64,000 nt of DNA, taken from the IMG/VR virus record IMGVR_UViG_3300008120_000124; one strand, written 5' to 3'. The notes below the pieces were generated by a model. The model worked only from the letters and a program-made list of their open reading frames with translations, was not told the DNA's origin and ran no database searches. Positions 7,420-19,000 of the stretch are shown one piece after another (within the stretch, counting starts at the first letter, position 1; every line of letters starts with the position of its first letter). The stretch is from an uncultured virus (IMG/VR IMGVR_UViG_3300008120_000124) (taxonomy: Duplodnaviria > Heunggongvirae > Uroviricota > Caudoviricetes). The translations under genes were made by a program, and so were the position numbers.

Positions 7420-9649
7420 CAGAGACTTTATAATAAAAGAAGTCCCTGAGTATCATCCTCTATCAATAGATTATAAAACATTTTGACGCGAACAGAAACG
7501 GCGTTGTATCGAAGGTTACTGGGCTGGCGGGACATTTGTTCCCCCAGCCCTTTACTATTATATAAACTTCCATACAATAAGGCTAAATAAATCTATTCAC
7601 TCATCTGTAAAGTCTTTTGGTAGACCTTGACTCAGGGATGTAGAATATAACTTTTTTAATTATTACACTGAAGCCCGTGGATTCTCTGGCTTTAAAGACG
7701 ATGATGAATACTCCTCTCATAGAATACTTTTAACAGATATAGATGATGATACCTTATTAAAGTATTATCCAAATACTATATCCTCCACAGGTTCTCGTAA
7801 AACTTACATTCCCGCGCGAAAGGCTTTATTCCAAACCTATGATTATCCCTTAGGTGCTCCTTTGTTTGAGAATAATCTACAGAATTTTATGCTACTTGGA
7901 TCTCGAGAGTCTGGTAAGTCTTATCAGGTATCAGGACTTATAGCACACAACTATCTTTTTGATGGAGCTACTTATTATAATGAAGAAAGTATAAAGTACC
8001 CCTCCCCAGCTGAGATATTAGTTGGTGCTGAAAAGTCAGATAAATCAGCAGATCTACTTAAAAAAACAAGGGATGCATTTGATTGGCTTCCCGGTAAAAT
8101 ATCTACTTTTGACAGGACCTATCCAGCTCCTTTTTCTAAAAGATTCAGGGGGTCTTGGGATGTTAATAAAGAGATAGTTGCTGAGTATAAAAAACGTGAG
8201 AATGGAGCTTGGATAATTGCGGGATCTAAGTCATCTATTAAGCATAGATCTTTTTCTGCTAACCCATTTGCAGCTCAAGGTACTCGACCTCTTCTTCTAG
8301 TATTAGAAGAGATAGGTATGTTCTCCAACTTAAAACAGGTTTACACAAATACGGTGGATAACCTTCGTAACGGTCTTAGGAAAACAGGTATGCTTATGAT
8401 GATTGGTACTGGTGGTGATATGGAGAAAGGAACTATTGATGCTGCTGAGATGTTTTATGAACCTAATAGATATGATATCTTAACGTTTGAAGATATATGG
8501 GAGCATAGGGGTCAAATAGGATACTTTCTCCCAGCTTATCAAGTTCTTAATGAGTATAAAGATGAGAACTGAGTTACAAATGAAGAGGCAGCTAAAAAAG
8601 CTCTCTTAACAGTTCGTAAACAAAAGGCTGGAGATTCAGGCGGTTCCGAAGCTTTAAATAAAGAGCTTCAATATCGTCCAATAGTTCCTTCAGAAATGTT
8701 CTTAACCAAGACTGCTAATATATTCCCAACAGCAGAACTTAGAAGACGTCTTTCAGAAGTGCAATCTCAAAAGATGGAGGATTACTCTAATAAAGTGACT
8801 CTGTTTTTTGATCCCGCCGCTAAAGTTTATAATGGAGTTAATTACGAAATAAATACTAAACTAACTGCTATAACAAGATTTCCTTACGAAGGAGATGATG
8901 TAGAAGGAGCGGTTATGATATACGAATTCCCAAAACTAGTAGATGATCATGTTCCAGAAGGAGCTTATATAATAGGTTGTGACCCTTATAAAGATGATAC
9001 TTCAACTGGTGGATCTTTAGCTGCCGTCTATGTTATGAAGACTAACAAGTATCCTTCCACTGTTGGATATTCAGAAATAGTTGCTACATATATAGGTAGA
9101 CCTTACCTAGGTAAAAATCAAGTTAATGAGACGTTATACAAACTCTCCTTGTTTTATGGTAATGCTAAAATATACTTTGAGAATAACGTAGGTAACGTAA
9201 AAGATTACTTTGATAAAATACGCCGTCTAGATCTTTTGGCTAGACAACCAGTTACTATTTTTAATAAAAAAGCTTCTTATGATACAGGGCCCCAGATTAT
9301 TTATGGTTACCCCTTATCAAACGATAAAGTTAAATGAGAAGCACTTCAATATGTTCGTTCTTTCCTCTTAGAAGAAAGAGGAGATAATAGACGCAATTTA
9401 GATGTAATACCCGATATAGGATTATTACAAGAATTAATCTCTTATAACCTCGATGGCAACTTTGATAGGGTATCTTCGTTAATAGGATGTGTTTTAGGTC
9501 TAGAAGAAATATCCAATCTTAGTCGCAAAAAATCCATAACCGATAAGGAGCTTTCTCAATTTGAGAAGGACTTTGATAGGTTATTTGTAAACAACACCAG
9601 ACTATTCAATGTACAACTTCCCAAAACAACGCCTTCCTTATTCACGTAA
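7409..9649 (+). CDS. terL: terminase large subunit; 4 in-frame TGA (7484, 7628, 8570, 9335)
   Basis: One frame from ATG 7409 to TAA 9647-9649 (746 aa) with only TGA interruptions. Walker A GSRESGKS, Walker B LLVLEE, nuclease IIGCDPY...GNFDRVS. Confidence 0.93.
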
Positions 9650-12029
9650 AGCTTCTAGTAACTTTAAGTGGGCAAAGGATGTGGTAGATTCTATACTGTC
9701 ATATTCTCCTCAAGATGAAGGAGTTGTGAATAAGTATAACTCTTCCTACCAAAGAAAATTATCAAATTACCAACTTTACAATAATCAACTAAACCAGTTT
9801 GATTTTGAAAGAGAGTGTAACCCATTAGGACTTGATGTAGGTCAATTTAAGGATGCTATACAACCCTACAATAAGACTTATAATAAAATACAAATACTTC
9901 TTTCTGATGAATCTAAAAGGCCCTTTAACTTTAGGACAATATTAGTAAACGCAGAAGGAGTTCGTTCAAAGCTCTCGCAAAGAGACGCAATGCTTCGTAA
10001 TTATATTGATTCTGTAATAAAACAAACAATCTCTTCTCTCTCAGATATTTATTCCCCAGAGCTCTTAGAAGTTCATCAAGAGCATATTATTAATCCAAAA
10101 GATCTTGATAAATATATGAGGTATTCTTATCGTGAAAGAAGGGAGATACTTGCTCAAAATATTCTTCAGTATCTTTATCGTAAAATGGATATAAAAGATA
10201 TTAAGACCGATGCTTTTAAGCATGCCCTTATATCTGGAGAAGAAGTAGTTTATGTAGGTACTAATGGAGATGAACCACATATTGAAGTTATTAATCCACT
10301 AGGATTTTTCTATCATAAGAGTGGAGAAACAAAGTGGATTCAAAAATCTCTTTACGCCGGTTATACTACATTTATGACTCAAGCAGAGGTACTAGATCGT
10401 TATGGAAAGTATTTATCTCAAGAAGATATTGAGAAGATAGATACTGCTTTTGGTGATACAAATGCACTTAGAGAATTCTCAATGGAGCAAAACGCCAAGT
10501 ATGGTAATCTTCCTTATGATCCAGTCTATCACGATACTTATACAACTACCCAAGGATCTTATGGGAAAAGCTCACACACGGACGTGCGCGTATCACACGT
10601 TGAATGGGTATCCCAAAGAAAAGTAGGATTTCTTACTATGTTTAATGAGTATGGTGAAGAAGAAACTACTATTGTTTCTGAGGATTTCGAAATCCCAACT
10701 GAGTTTACCAAAGAAATAGTTCGTGGTAGATATGGTGTAAAGACTGAGTATTATATTTGGAAATTAGAAGATTCCGTATATAAACTTAATTGGGATTATA
10801 TTCCAGAAGTATGGACTGCTACTAAAATAGGTCACGATATTTACACTATGGTTGGTCCTAAAGAAGTTCAGTTTAGATCTATGGACGATCCTTATGATGT
10901 TTCCTTAGGATATCATGGCATAGTTTATAATGCTACAAATGCTGAGTCTGTTTCCTTGATGGATAGGATGAAACCTTTTCAGTATCTTTACTTTATAGTA
11001 ATGCATAAGCTTAAAAAGCTCATTGCTCAAGATCAAGGTAAGGTATTCCACTTTGATGTATCTATGGTAGATCCAAAAATTGGTATAGAGAAAACACTAT
11101 ATTACCTTAAGGAAATGAACCTTGATATATTCAACCCCCTTGCAAATGCGGATGAACCAGGACAAGCTCAAAGAGGTAAGATAGCTTCAGAAACAGATAT
11201 GTCAAATATGCAGTATATAATGAATTACATTAATATACTTGCAGCTCTTGATAACCAAATCTCTGAAGTAGCCGGTGTATCTAGACAAAGAGAAGGACAA
11301 ACTACTCCAACTGAAGCTGTATCAAATGCTCAGAGTAACATACAAATGTCAGCTCTTATTACTGAGATATACTTTCAAAGCCACGCTAAGATGTGGGAAA
11401 AAGCATTAACTGCTCTTATCCATGTTGCTCAGCACGTTTGGAAAGGTAAGTCAGTTATTAAGCAGTACGTGTTAGATGATATGTCTCTTTCTACACTTGA
11501 ACTTTCTCCAGAAGATGTTTCTAATTGCGACCTAGGTGTTTTCCTTACAGATTCTGGCAAAGAATACGAAATGTTCTCAGCCCTTAAAAGTATATCTGAT
11601 GGCCTACTTAATACAAATCGCGCTACATTCTCTGATCTTATTACTCTTTACGAAGCGAATTCTTCTGCCGAACTTAAAGCAGCTATCAGGCAGTCTGAAG
11701 AAGAAACCTTTAAACGGGAACAACAATCTCAACAGCAGCAAATAGAAGCAGCCCAACAGCAGCAACAAGCTCAACAACAGTTTGATATAATGATGCAAGA
11801 TAGGCTCTTTGAACATAAAGAACGTTTAGCTCAGATAGAAGTATTTAAATTCCAAAAGGATATTGATATAGATAATAACGGTATTCCTGATCCACTCGAG
11901 ATACAGAAATTTATTTCGGATCAAAATCTACGTGAAAGAGAGCTTGATTTAGCTGAAAAGAAATTTGAAAAAGAATCAGATCTAAAAGAAAAAGACCTTA
12001 AAATAAAAGCTAGAAAATCATCTAAATAG
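9609..12029 (+). CDS. portal protein (crAss-like)
   Basis: 806 aa directly after terL; FPKQRL N-terminus, GVSRQREGQ, Gln-rich C-terminus and DIDNNGIPD. Confidence 0.88.
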   Translation: MYNFPKQRLPYSRKASSNFKWAKDVVDSILSYSPQDEGVVNKYNSSYQRKLSNYQLYNNQLNQFDFERECNPLGLDVGQFKDAIQPYNKTYNKIQILLSDESKRPFNFRTILVNAEGVRSKLSQRDAMLRNYIDSVIKQTISSLSDIYSPELLEVHQEHIINPKDLDKYMRYSYRERREILAQNILQYLYRKMDIKDIKTDAFKHALISGEEVVYVGTNGDEPHIEVINPLGFFYHKSGETKWIQKSLYAGYTTFMTQAEVLDRYGKYLSQEDIEKIDTAFGDTNALREFSMEQNAKYGNLPYDPVYHDTYTTTQGSYGKSSHTDVRVSHVEWVSQRKVGFLTMFNEYGEEETTIVSEDFEIPTEFTKEIVRGRYGVKTEYYIWKLEDSVYKLNWDYIPEVWTATKIGHDIYTMVGPKEVQFRSMDDPYDVSLGYHGIVYNATNAESVSLMDRMKPFQYLYFIVMHKLKKLIAQDQGKVFHFDVSMVDPKIGIEKTLYYLKEMNLDIFNPLANADEPGQAQRGKIASETDMSNMQYIMNYINILAALDNQISEVAGVSRQREGQTTPTEAVSNAQSNIQMSALITEIYFQSHAKMWEKALTALIHVAQHVWKGKSVIKQYVLDDMSLSTLELSPEDVSNCDLGVFLTDSGKEYEMFSALKSISDGLLNTNRATFSDLITLYEANSSAELKAAIRQSEEETFKREQQSQQQQIEAAQQQQQAQQQFDIMMQDRLFEHKERLAQIEVFKFQKDIDIDNNGIPDPLEIQKFISDQNLRERELDLAEKKFEKESDLKEKDLKIKARKSSK

Positions 12030-12103
12030 TAACTTGGCTATATAAATAAAAACGATTTTTAACTAAGTCTTTTGTTGCACAATAATAAACATAGTAATTT
12101 TAC

Positions 12104-13141
12104 ATGATAAACGAAAACGATGACTTTTTCTCCTCAATGTTTGGAGATGCTAAAGCACAAACTACTGAAGAACCTACTGAAATAGAACAGGAAAACGAAG
12201 AAACTCCAGTTAATGAAGAGCCCCAGTCCCCTTCGGAACCTCCACAAGAAACATCTGAAGAAGTAGATGATAAGCTACAAGCTTACATAGATTTTTTACA
12301 GCAAAATGAACTTGTAGATATTCCTGAAGAGTTTGATTTTAAAGGTACACCAGATCAACTTCAGCAAGTATTTCAATACACAAAACAAAAGCGTCAACAA
12401 GAAGCACTAGAGACAATCTTTAATAGTCTTCCAGATGATTTTAAACCTGTGTTAGAATATGTAGCTAATGGTGGAAATTCTGTAGTTGACTTTATGAATC
12501 TTTATAATCAAGACCCTCTTGCAACTGTTGATATATCAACCACAGAAGGACAAAGAAGAGCTGTGTATTTAGCATTGAGAGAGACATCTAATTATCCGGA
12601 TGAAAAGATAAATAAAATAGTTTCAAGAATAGCAGAAGATGAAGACGAATTAGCTTCTGAAGCTGCTGAGTCTTATAGAGAACTTCTTTCCTTACAAGAA
12701 CAAAAGAAGTATGGTATGATTCAAGAAGCTAAGATTCAGCAGGAACGTCAAAGACAAATGATGGAGCAAAAAACTCAAGCTCTTCATTCTGCAATAGAGT
12801 CTTCACAAACTATTCATCCACAAAGAAGAAATAAAATAAAGGCGTTCTTTTTTGAACCCGTTAATACGCAAGAAGGAGTTACTACTGGTTTTAATTATGC
12901 CATAAACTCTATATTGCAAAATCCAGAACATCAAGCTCAGCTTGCTGACCTGCTTTTAGAGTATGATCCTTCGTCTGGTTTTTCTTCAGACCGCCTTGAA
13001 AAAAGGGTTAAAACAAAAGCAACACAACAATTCCAAACACTATTGTCTAAAGCAATAGATCCTAAACAAGTTCAGAAATCTTCTACGCGTCCACAGTCTT
13101 CAAAAGACTTTGACTGGGATGTATTTAATCAGTCTATGTAA
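12104..13141 (+). CDS. acidic scaffold-like head assembly protein
   Basis: 345 aa, E/P-rich N-terminus and helical body, located between portal and capsid genes. Confidence 0.65.
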   Translation: MINENDDFFSSMFGDAKAQTTEEPTEIEQENEETPVNEEPQSPSEPPQETSEEVDDKLQAYIDFLQQNELVDIPEEFDFKGTPDQLQQVFQYTKQKRQQEALETIFNSLPDDFKPVLEYVANGGNSVVDFMNLYNQDPLATVDISTTEGQRRAVYLALRETSNYPDEKINKIVSRIAEDEDELASEAAESYRELLSLQEQKKYGMIQEAKIQQERQRQMMEQKTQALHSAIESSQTIHPQRRNKIKAFFFEPVNTQEGVTTGFNYAINSILQNPEHQAQLADLLLEYDPSSGFSSDRLEKRVKTKATQQFQTLLSKAIDPKQVQKSSTRPQSSKDFDWDVFNQSM

Positions 13142-13149
13142 ATTAATTT

Positions 13150-14649
13150 ATGGCTAATCCTCAATCTTCCTTAATTATTAAACATTGGGATTCCTTTGGA
13201 GGCAACTTCATTGATTCCGATTACTTGGCAGCCGCTTACGAAACTGGTAAGCCGCACTACTTGCCCGGAGCACTTATGAAGATCTACTCTTCTGGCTCAC
13301 AGTTTTTTAAAGTAAAACCTTTCCTTAATCTCGTTGGTATGGGTACTAACGGTGGTACTGAAGTAGAAACAGAGATCGTTCGCTGGCGTCTTCAGGGTGC
13401 AGAATACAAGTGCGCTCGCGTTATCGAAAACGTAGAATCTTCTTCTAACCTTACCCCAGGTATCAACAACACTCAGTTCCGTGTTAAACTTGATCTGGAT
13501 TACTACGCTTACCCAGATATCCTTGTTCCTGAAGACAATGACTACAATGTACAAGTTGTAGACAAAGTAAGCGATGGTACTGGTACTATCTACACTCTTA
13601 AACTGATCACCGACGATCCAACCAAATATCTTGATGCTCAATACCTGAACCCAGGTCGTGAGTGGTGCAAAGTATCTACTGCAGTTCCTTCTGAAATGAA
13701 CCAGTGGTTTGGTACTCAGCAGTACCCAGCAATCTTTGAACTTGAGTCTCAGATTGGTGCTTTCGGTCAAAAAATTGATGTTACCGATAAAGCATGGCGC
13801 CAGCAAGGTCGTCTTGGTTTTGAATTCATGTCCACTGACTACAATGGCCGTTCTTCCACTGTAAACAAGTTCCTGCCTTACGCAGAAGCTATGATGGTTG
13901 ATGAGCTGTACAAATCCATGGAATGGGCACTTGTTTATGGTGAGAAATCAACTATGACAGGTCCTGATGGATACTGGCAGAAGACAGGCGCTGGTATTCG
14001 CCAGCAGCTGAAAGACTCTTGGGTTCAGTATGTTAACGGTCCTTTGACTGTAAACCTCCTCCAAGACTTCCTGCTCAACATCTTCTTCGGTCGTACAGAT
14101 GAAGCAAATCGCGGTATCACTCTTATGACTGGTCAGCTTGGATCACTTCTTTTCCACAATGCCCTCACTGCTGTTGCTAACGGTTTCTTGACTGTAGATT
14201 CTAACTACATCCGTAGCGAATCCAATCCTAATTCCTCAACTCCAGGTCTGGCATTTGGTGCGCAGTTCGTTCGTTACACTGGTCCTCTGGGAATAGACAT
14301 CCGTCTTATCCACAACCCACTTTACGACGATCTTCGCTACTGCAAGAAGATGCACCCACAGTACCCCAACATTCCAATTGATTCTGCTCGTATGACTTTC
14401 CTCAACATCGAAGGTCGTGGTGTAGAAACAGCTAAAGGTCTTGGTAAGAATATTGAGCTGCTCAAAGTTAAAGACACTTTCCGTTACTTCTACGTTCCTG
14501 GATCAGTTACCCCAATGGGTCCGATCACTAACAAAGGTATGGCTGTAACTGCTAAAGCTGGTTACACTGTAGCCATCGAAGGTACAATGGGCGCAATCAT
14601 CCGCGATGTTACTTCTTGCGGCGAGCTTATCACAGATTACGATAACTAA
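13150..14649 (+). CDS. major capsid protein (crAss-like)
   Basis: 499 aa; position after portal and scaffold; TGAGIRQQL motif; strongly C-ending, high-expression codon usage. Confidence 0.88.
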   Translation: MANPQSSLIIKHWDSFGGNFIDSDYLAAAYETGKPHYLPGALMKIYSSGSQFFKVKPFLNLVGMGTNGGTEVETEIVRWRLQGAEYKCARVIENVESSSNLTPGINNTQFRVKLDLDYYAYPDILVPEDNDYNVQVVDKVSDGTGTIYTLKLITDDPTKYLDAQYLNPGREWCKVSTAVPSEMNQWFGTQQYPAIFELESQIGAFGQKIDVTDKAWRQQGRLGFEFMSTDYNGRSSTVNKFLPYAEAMMVDELYKSMEWALVYGEKSTMTGPDGYWQKTGAGIRQQLKDSWVQYVNGPLTVNLLQDFLLNIFFGRTDEANRGITLMTGQLGSLLFHNALTAVANGFLTVDSNYIRSESNPNSSTPGLAFGAQFVRYTGPLGIDIRLIHNPLYDDLRYCKKMHPQYPNIPIDSARMTFLNIEGRGVETAKGLGKNIELLKVKDTFRYFYVPGSVTPMGPITNKGMAVTAKAGYTVAIEGTMGAIIRDVTSCGELITDYDN

Positions 14650-14987
14650 TGAATATAGAGGAACAACTTGGGATTAAGTTGTCCGTCCTCGTAGCAGGAC
14701 TTATTGGAGGAATTGTTTCGTTAACTTATGAAACTAGATTATCTTTCTCCAGAGCCCTTCTATTAATAATAGGCGGTGCTTCCACAGCAGCCTATTTGCA
14801 TCCAGTAATGTCGCACTATTTATCTGTAGACAATCAGTTTTCTTCCGGAATAGGATTTATATTGGGACTTGTTTCCATGAAAATTATAAATTTTATAATG
14901 GCGAACGCTGAAAAAATACTGGCTAAATATGTAAATATAGATGGAACAAACACTAACCTTAATAAACCTGCTGGTGGTGCTGAGTAG
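14649..14987 (+). CDS. putative holin
   Basis: 112 aa with three hydrophobic Gly-rich segments (AGLIGGIVSL, LLIIGGASTA, GIGFILGLVSM). Confidence 0.6.
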   Translation: MNIEEQLGIKLSVLVAGLIGGIVSLTYETRLSFSRALLLIIGGASTAAYLHPVMSHYLSVDNQFSSGIGFILGLVSMKIINFIMANAEKILAKYVNIDGTNTNLNKPAGGAE

Positions 14988-15219
14988 CATGATAGCTACT
15001 GTTTATTTGTCACAAAATAAATTACCGAACCTACAAAAAGCACTTAAGTTGGGTAGTAAAGAGATGACGTGTTTTAGAGGCTTAGTAACTATTACTAACG
15101 CTGCTCAACTTGCTACATTATTGTCACCGGCAACTATAGCTGTAACAGCTCTTAATACGTTGTTACTCATTAACAAATTATACATTTCTAAAAAGTTACT
15201 TAATATGCGTCCTGAATAG
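14941..15219 (+). CDS. small membrane protein (lysis accessory?)
   Basis: 92 aa, hydrophobic segments, overlaps the holin-like gene. Confidence 0.5.
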   Translation: MEQTLTLINLLVVLSSMIATVYLSQNKLPNLQKALKLGSKEMTCFRGLVTITNAAQLATLLSPATIAVTALNTLLLINKLYISKKLLNMRPE

Positions 15220-15263
15220 CACGCAGACTTTTTGTTTAATGCAAATAAGAAGAAAGAAAATTT

Positions 15264-16244
15264 ATGTCTAAATTAGTCTTCATTATGTCTATTCCTCGTC
15301 AAACAGCTACGGGAATATCAGACTGGGTTTCAACATCCTCAGGTCTTAAAATGAAAAAGACGAAAGTTGGTAGGGCTACTGATTCGTTGGTAGCCCTTCC
15401 TTCTCAAAAGATCGGAGGACTTGCAAACTATATATCATATAATTATAAAGTAGATCCTGCAACAGGACAAGTAGAAAAAGACGAGAATGGTGAACAAATA
15501 ACTATTCAAACTTTTCTAGAAAAGAAGTGGGGTAAGCCCAAAGGATTCTTTTCAAATGCACTCCCTCCTAAAGATTATAAAGGATCAGGCGCAGACCTTG
15601 GTTATTACTTTAATAAATCTTGGCAACTACTAGATGGAACAACTGTTTTAGATCTTTCTAAAATGGATGATGAAATAGGTTATTATGTAATGCTCGCATC
15701 ATCTAAAGTTGCTAACTCTGAAAAAGAATGGAGGGAACACAAGTGGCCAAAGGCTACTCATTATATTGCTCTTGAAAATGAATCTGAAGAAATCAAGTAT
15801 AAACGCACGCAAGCTAAAACTAAGGCGTTCTCTTCTTTACATGATTCACATCTTACAGATTCAGTAAAACAAAAACTTATTGCGCTTCTTGATGTTGCAA
15901 GTAGCCGCACTAAACTATCTACAGAACAGATCCACAATTTGCTCTTTGACTATATTGACGCAACAACCTCGCCCGCAGGCAAGAACATAGATCAGCTTAA
16001 CCACTATATGTCGTTACTTAAACCTGCTGATGGTAAGGCCAAGTTTGAGGTTATGTATATGTTAAAGCAAGCTCAAGAGGTGAGGCTAGTTTACTCTAAA
16101 CAAGATATCTGGACTTGGATACGAGAGAGTGGTGCTACTCTTGTAATTGGAGATAAATACTCAGAAGCAGTAGACTTCTTGCTTAACCCTAAGAAGAAAG
16201 ACGAGTATGACGAATTGAAGGCTCAGATAAAAGCTAAGCTTTAA
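15264..16244 (+). CDS. conserved crAss-like morphogenesis-region protein
   Basis: 326 aa within the head/neck module; C-terminal EAVDFLLNPK. Confidence 0.65.
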   Translation: MSKLVFIMSIPRQTATGISDWVSTSSGLKMKKTKVGRATDSLVALPSQKIGGLANYISYNYKVDPATGQVEKDENGEQITIQTFLEKKWGKPKGFFSNALPPKDYKGSGADLGYYFNKSWQLLDGTTVLDLSKMDDEIGYYVMLASSKVANSEKEWREHKWPKATHYIALENESEEIKYKRTQAKTKAFSSLHDSHLTDSVKQKLIALLDVASSRTKLSTEQIHNLLFDYIDATTSPAGKNIDQLNHYMSLLKPADGKAKFEVMYMLKQAQEVRLVYSKQDIWTWIRESGATLVIGDKYSEAVDFLLNPKKKDEYDELKAQIKAKL

Positions 16245-16246
16245 TA

Positions 16247-16966
16247 ATGTCTATCCAAGAACTACATTATCAATTTAAATTAAATTTAGATAGAATAGAT
16301 TCACTTGCTAACCCTGACTTCAATCCTGCTGAAATTGACTTTTTGTTAAATGAGGCTCAGTTGATCTTTGTAAAACAAAGAATGGGGACAACTAATATGA
16401 AAAGATCAGGGTTTGAAACTCTTCAAAAAAGAATTGATGATCTTGGTAATTTAGTTGTTAATTTTCCAGTTCAACCTTACATAACTCCTACAGTAGTTTC
16501 TCCAGGTGTTTATGAAGTAGATTTAACAACAACGACTCTACCCTATTTACAACTAATAAATGCTTACGCTATTGTCACTAATGCAGATTGTACTTTAAGA
16601 GTTCCTCTTAAATTTACACAACATGATGACATAAACGAAGCCCTAAGAGACCCATTTAATAAAGATTCCAAAGAGTTTATACCATATAATATAGGAAAGA
16701 ATTCTAATAATACAGGGTCATCTATTTATATATACAGTACACAAAATATAACTTCAGTAGCAGTTGAATATGTTAAGTATCCAAACAGAGTATCTTTTGG
16801 TAACTATGCTTACATAGATGGTATTACTTATCCGCCCTCTACCCTAGAGACCGCTGAGCATACCCATCGTGAAATTGTAGATATTGCTTGTCAGTTAGCT
16901 GCGCAGAATTCACTCAATCCAGAATACATTACAGTTAGAGAAAAGAAAACTGTAATACATGAATAA
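16247..16966 (+). CDS. tail ring (neck/tubular) protein
   Basis: MSIQELHYQFKLNLDRIDS...EIDFLLNEAQ...HREIVDIA, typical of crAss ring proteins. Confidence 0.75.
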   Translation: MSIQELHYQFKLNLDRIDSLANPDFNPAEIDFLLNEAQLIFVKQRMGTTNMKRSGFETLQKRIDDLGNLVVNFPVQPYITPTVVSPGVYEVDLTTTTLPYLQLINAYAIVTNADCTLRVPLKFTQHDDINEALRDPFNKDSKEFIPYNIGKNSNNTGSSIYIYSTQNITSVAVEYVKYPNRVSFGNYAYIDGITYPPSTLETAEHTHREIVDIACQLAAQNSLNPEYITVREKKTVIHE

Positions 16967-16979
16967 ACCTTATTAAAAC

Positions 16980-18341
16980 ATGATCCCGACAAATTCACAA
17001 AAACGCGGTGTTGAAACTTTTGTTGTTGCTAAAGCAGCACAAGGCGCTCTTCCTACATCAGGAACTTTGGTAGGTTCTAACGGTAACATTAACCTTGCTG
17101 ATGGTCAGCTTGGTATCGTTTCTGTTTCTCCTTACGGCGGAATTGCTATGAACAGTTTCACAGACGCTACCCCTACTTTTACAGAAGCACCAGTAATTGG
17201 TATTTACCAAGGCACACAATATTCTGCAAACGTTGTCGGATCTTCAGCTACTTATCCGCTGTGGGTCCGTCCGTTTGAGAAGACCCAGGATATAAGCGGT
17301 CGTCAAAATAATATAATTGTTACTAAACAGGCTTATCGCCTTGATGCTCATAATGTATGGGTAGTAGGTGCTCCTAGTACAAACGCAGCAGCTGCAGTAA
17401 ACACACTTAACAGCACTGAATATCGTTTGAACATTGGTTTCCGTTCACGTCGTTACGATGAACTGATGGCTACACAAGTTCAATCTGCTAACCTGACTGT
17501 TTCTACAACTACACCAAATTGGGCAGTTGGTTTTAACAACGATCTTAAAATTGATTACATTCTCACCAATCTTGGTTACGAAGTAAACCGCAACTCTAGT
17601 GCGTTTCTTTCTTTCAACCGCTATCGTGGAACTTCTCCAGTAATTGCTCTTGGTATTGGAACTGTAGCTACTAATGGTACAGCAATCGACTCACTTACTG
17701 CAGGTTCAACTTTAGCCGTATTTAATTACAAAGGAATCGTACGTTCAATCACTCTTACGCAAGCCATGTTGACTTCTATAGTTAACGCAGCAACTAATTC
17801 AGGTTTCACTCCAGCCACTTCTTATGTTTACACTATAGATCTGGCTAGTGCTGCTAGCGCTACTGGTGGTTTGATTTCTGGTCTGATGTTCGTAGCTCTT
17901 GACCACAAGCCAGTTTACGAAGATTGGATTCCTCAAGTTAAAGTTAACCTTCAAGTAGGACTTCCTTCTGGTTTTGATTTTAACACTGTACAATGCGCTT
18001 CTTTTACTAACCTCGATGAAGGTCAAGGATTTTCTCGTCAACTTGATCTGTGGTATAAGAATACTGCTGGTCAGCGTAAGTACACACAGAAACACACTAC
18101 TGATCCAGTTATCAATTTCCCATCACCAATTGTAGATGGTACAGTTTATAACACCTATGTAATAAACCACGGAACTACATCTAACCCAGATATTAACTCC
18201 TTGGTTTATGCGCCTAAGCGCGAAGTTGTTTTGATACCACGTTACTCTACCGGTATTGCCACTAACCCACTTATTGCCCTTTTCGAGGCGGCAATGAACA
18301 GCTGGTTAGAATCTACTGGAAACACAGCTATTAAAGAATAA
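16980..18341 (+). CDS. abundant structural protein, probably auxiliary capsid protein
   Basis: 453 aa, beta-rich, codon usage like the major capsid gene, followed by a strong terminator. Confidence 0.6.
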   Translation: MIPTNSQKRGVETFVVAKAAQGALPTSGTLVGSNGNINLADGQLGIVSVSPYGGIAMNSFTDATPTFTEAPVIGIYQGTQYSANVVGSSATYPLWVRPFEKTQDISGRQNNIIVTKQAYRLDAHNVWVVGAPSTNAAAAVNTLNSTEYRLNIGFRSRRYDELMATQVQSANLTVSTTTPNWAVGFNNDLKIDYILTNLGYEVNRNSSAFLSFNRYRGTSPVIALGIGTVATNGTAIDSLTAGSTLAVFNYKGIVRSITLTQAMLTSIVNAATNSGFTPATSYVYTIDLASAASATGGLISGLMFVALDHKPVYEDWIPQVKVNLQVGLPSGFDFNTVQCASFTNLDEGQGFSRQLDLWYKNTAGQRKYTQKHTTDPVINFPSPIVDGTVYNTYVINHGTTSNPDINSLVYAPKREVVLIPRYSTGIATNPLIALFEAAMNSWLESTGNTAIKE

Positions 18342-18347
18342 TCACCT

Positions 18348-18384
18348 AAAGGGGGATGGGGAAACCCGTTCCCCTTTTTTATTT
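18348..18384 (+). terminator. rho-independent terminator
   Basis: GGGGGATGGG-GAAA-CCCGTTCCCC followed by TTTTTT. Confidence 0.9.
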
Positions 18385-18403
18385 CCCATAAAACTACTCT
18401 ATT

Positions 18404-18997
18404 ATGTTTATACAAAGAAATACATTCTCTGAGTCCCTACTTAAAGTTGATGAACCATTATATAAAGTTTATCACGATTCTACACTTTATGGGGATGGAA
18501 CAAGAGCCAATCCACTAAAAGTAATTGGTGGAGGAGGAACTTCACTACCTGATCAAACAGGTAATATTGGAAAATACCTAACTACTGATGGCGCAACTCT
18601 CAGTTGGGCTACTGTAAATGCACTACCCTCTCAAACAGGAAACGATGGAAAATTCTTATTTACAGATGGAACGACTGCCACTTGAAGCAATCCTGTAAGA
18701 GGAATAAGCGCAACTGTTAATGACGCAAATATTACTCTGAATTTAACTAACGCAGAAATATTTAATCTCACTCTTAATGTCAGTACAACTATTAGTTTTA
18801 CATCTCCAAGATTAGGTACTTTTGTTTTTAGAATAACGCAAGATGGTACTGGCGGAAAAAACGTAACATGGCCTGTTAATGTAAAATGGTCCGGTGGTAT
18901 TGCTCCTGTATTAACAACAACTGCAAATAAAACCGATATCATTACTCTTATTTATGACGGTAATAATTTCTACGGTGCTTATGTACTAAACTTTTAA
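18404..18997 (+). CDS. fibre-type structural protein; 1 in-frame TGA (18683)
   Basis: Internal repeat GKYLTTDGATLSW versus GKFLFTDGTTAT* places TGA opposite Trp. The frame continues (QDGTGGKNVTWP...W.GG.APVL) to TAA 18995-18997, 3 nt before the next ATG. Confidence 0.85.
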
Positions 18998-19000
18998 GGT

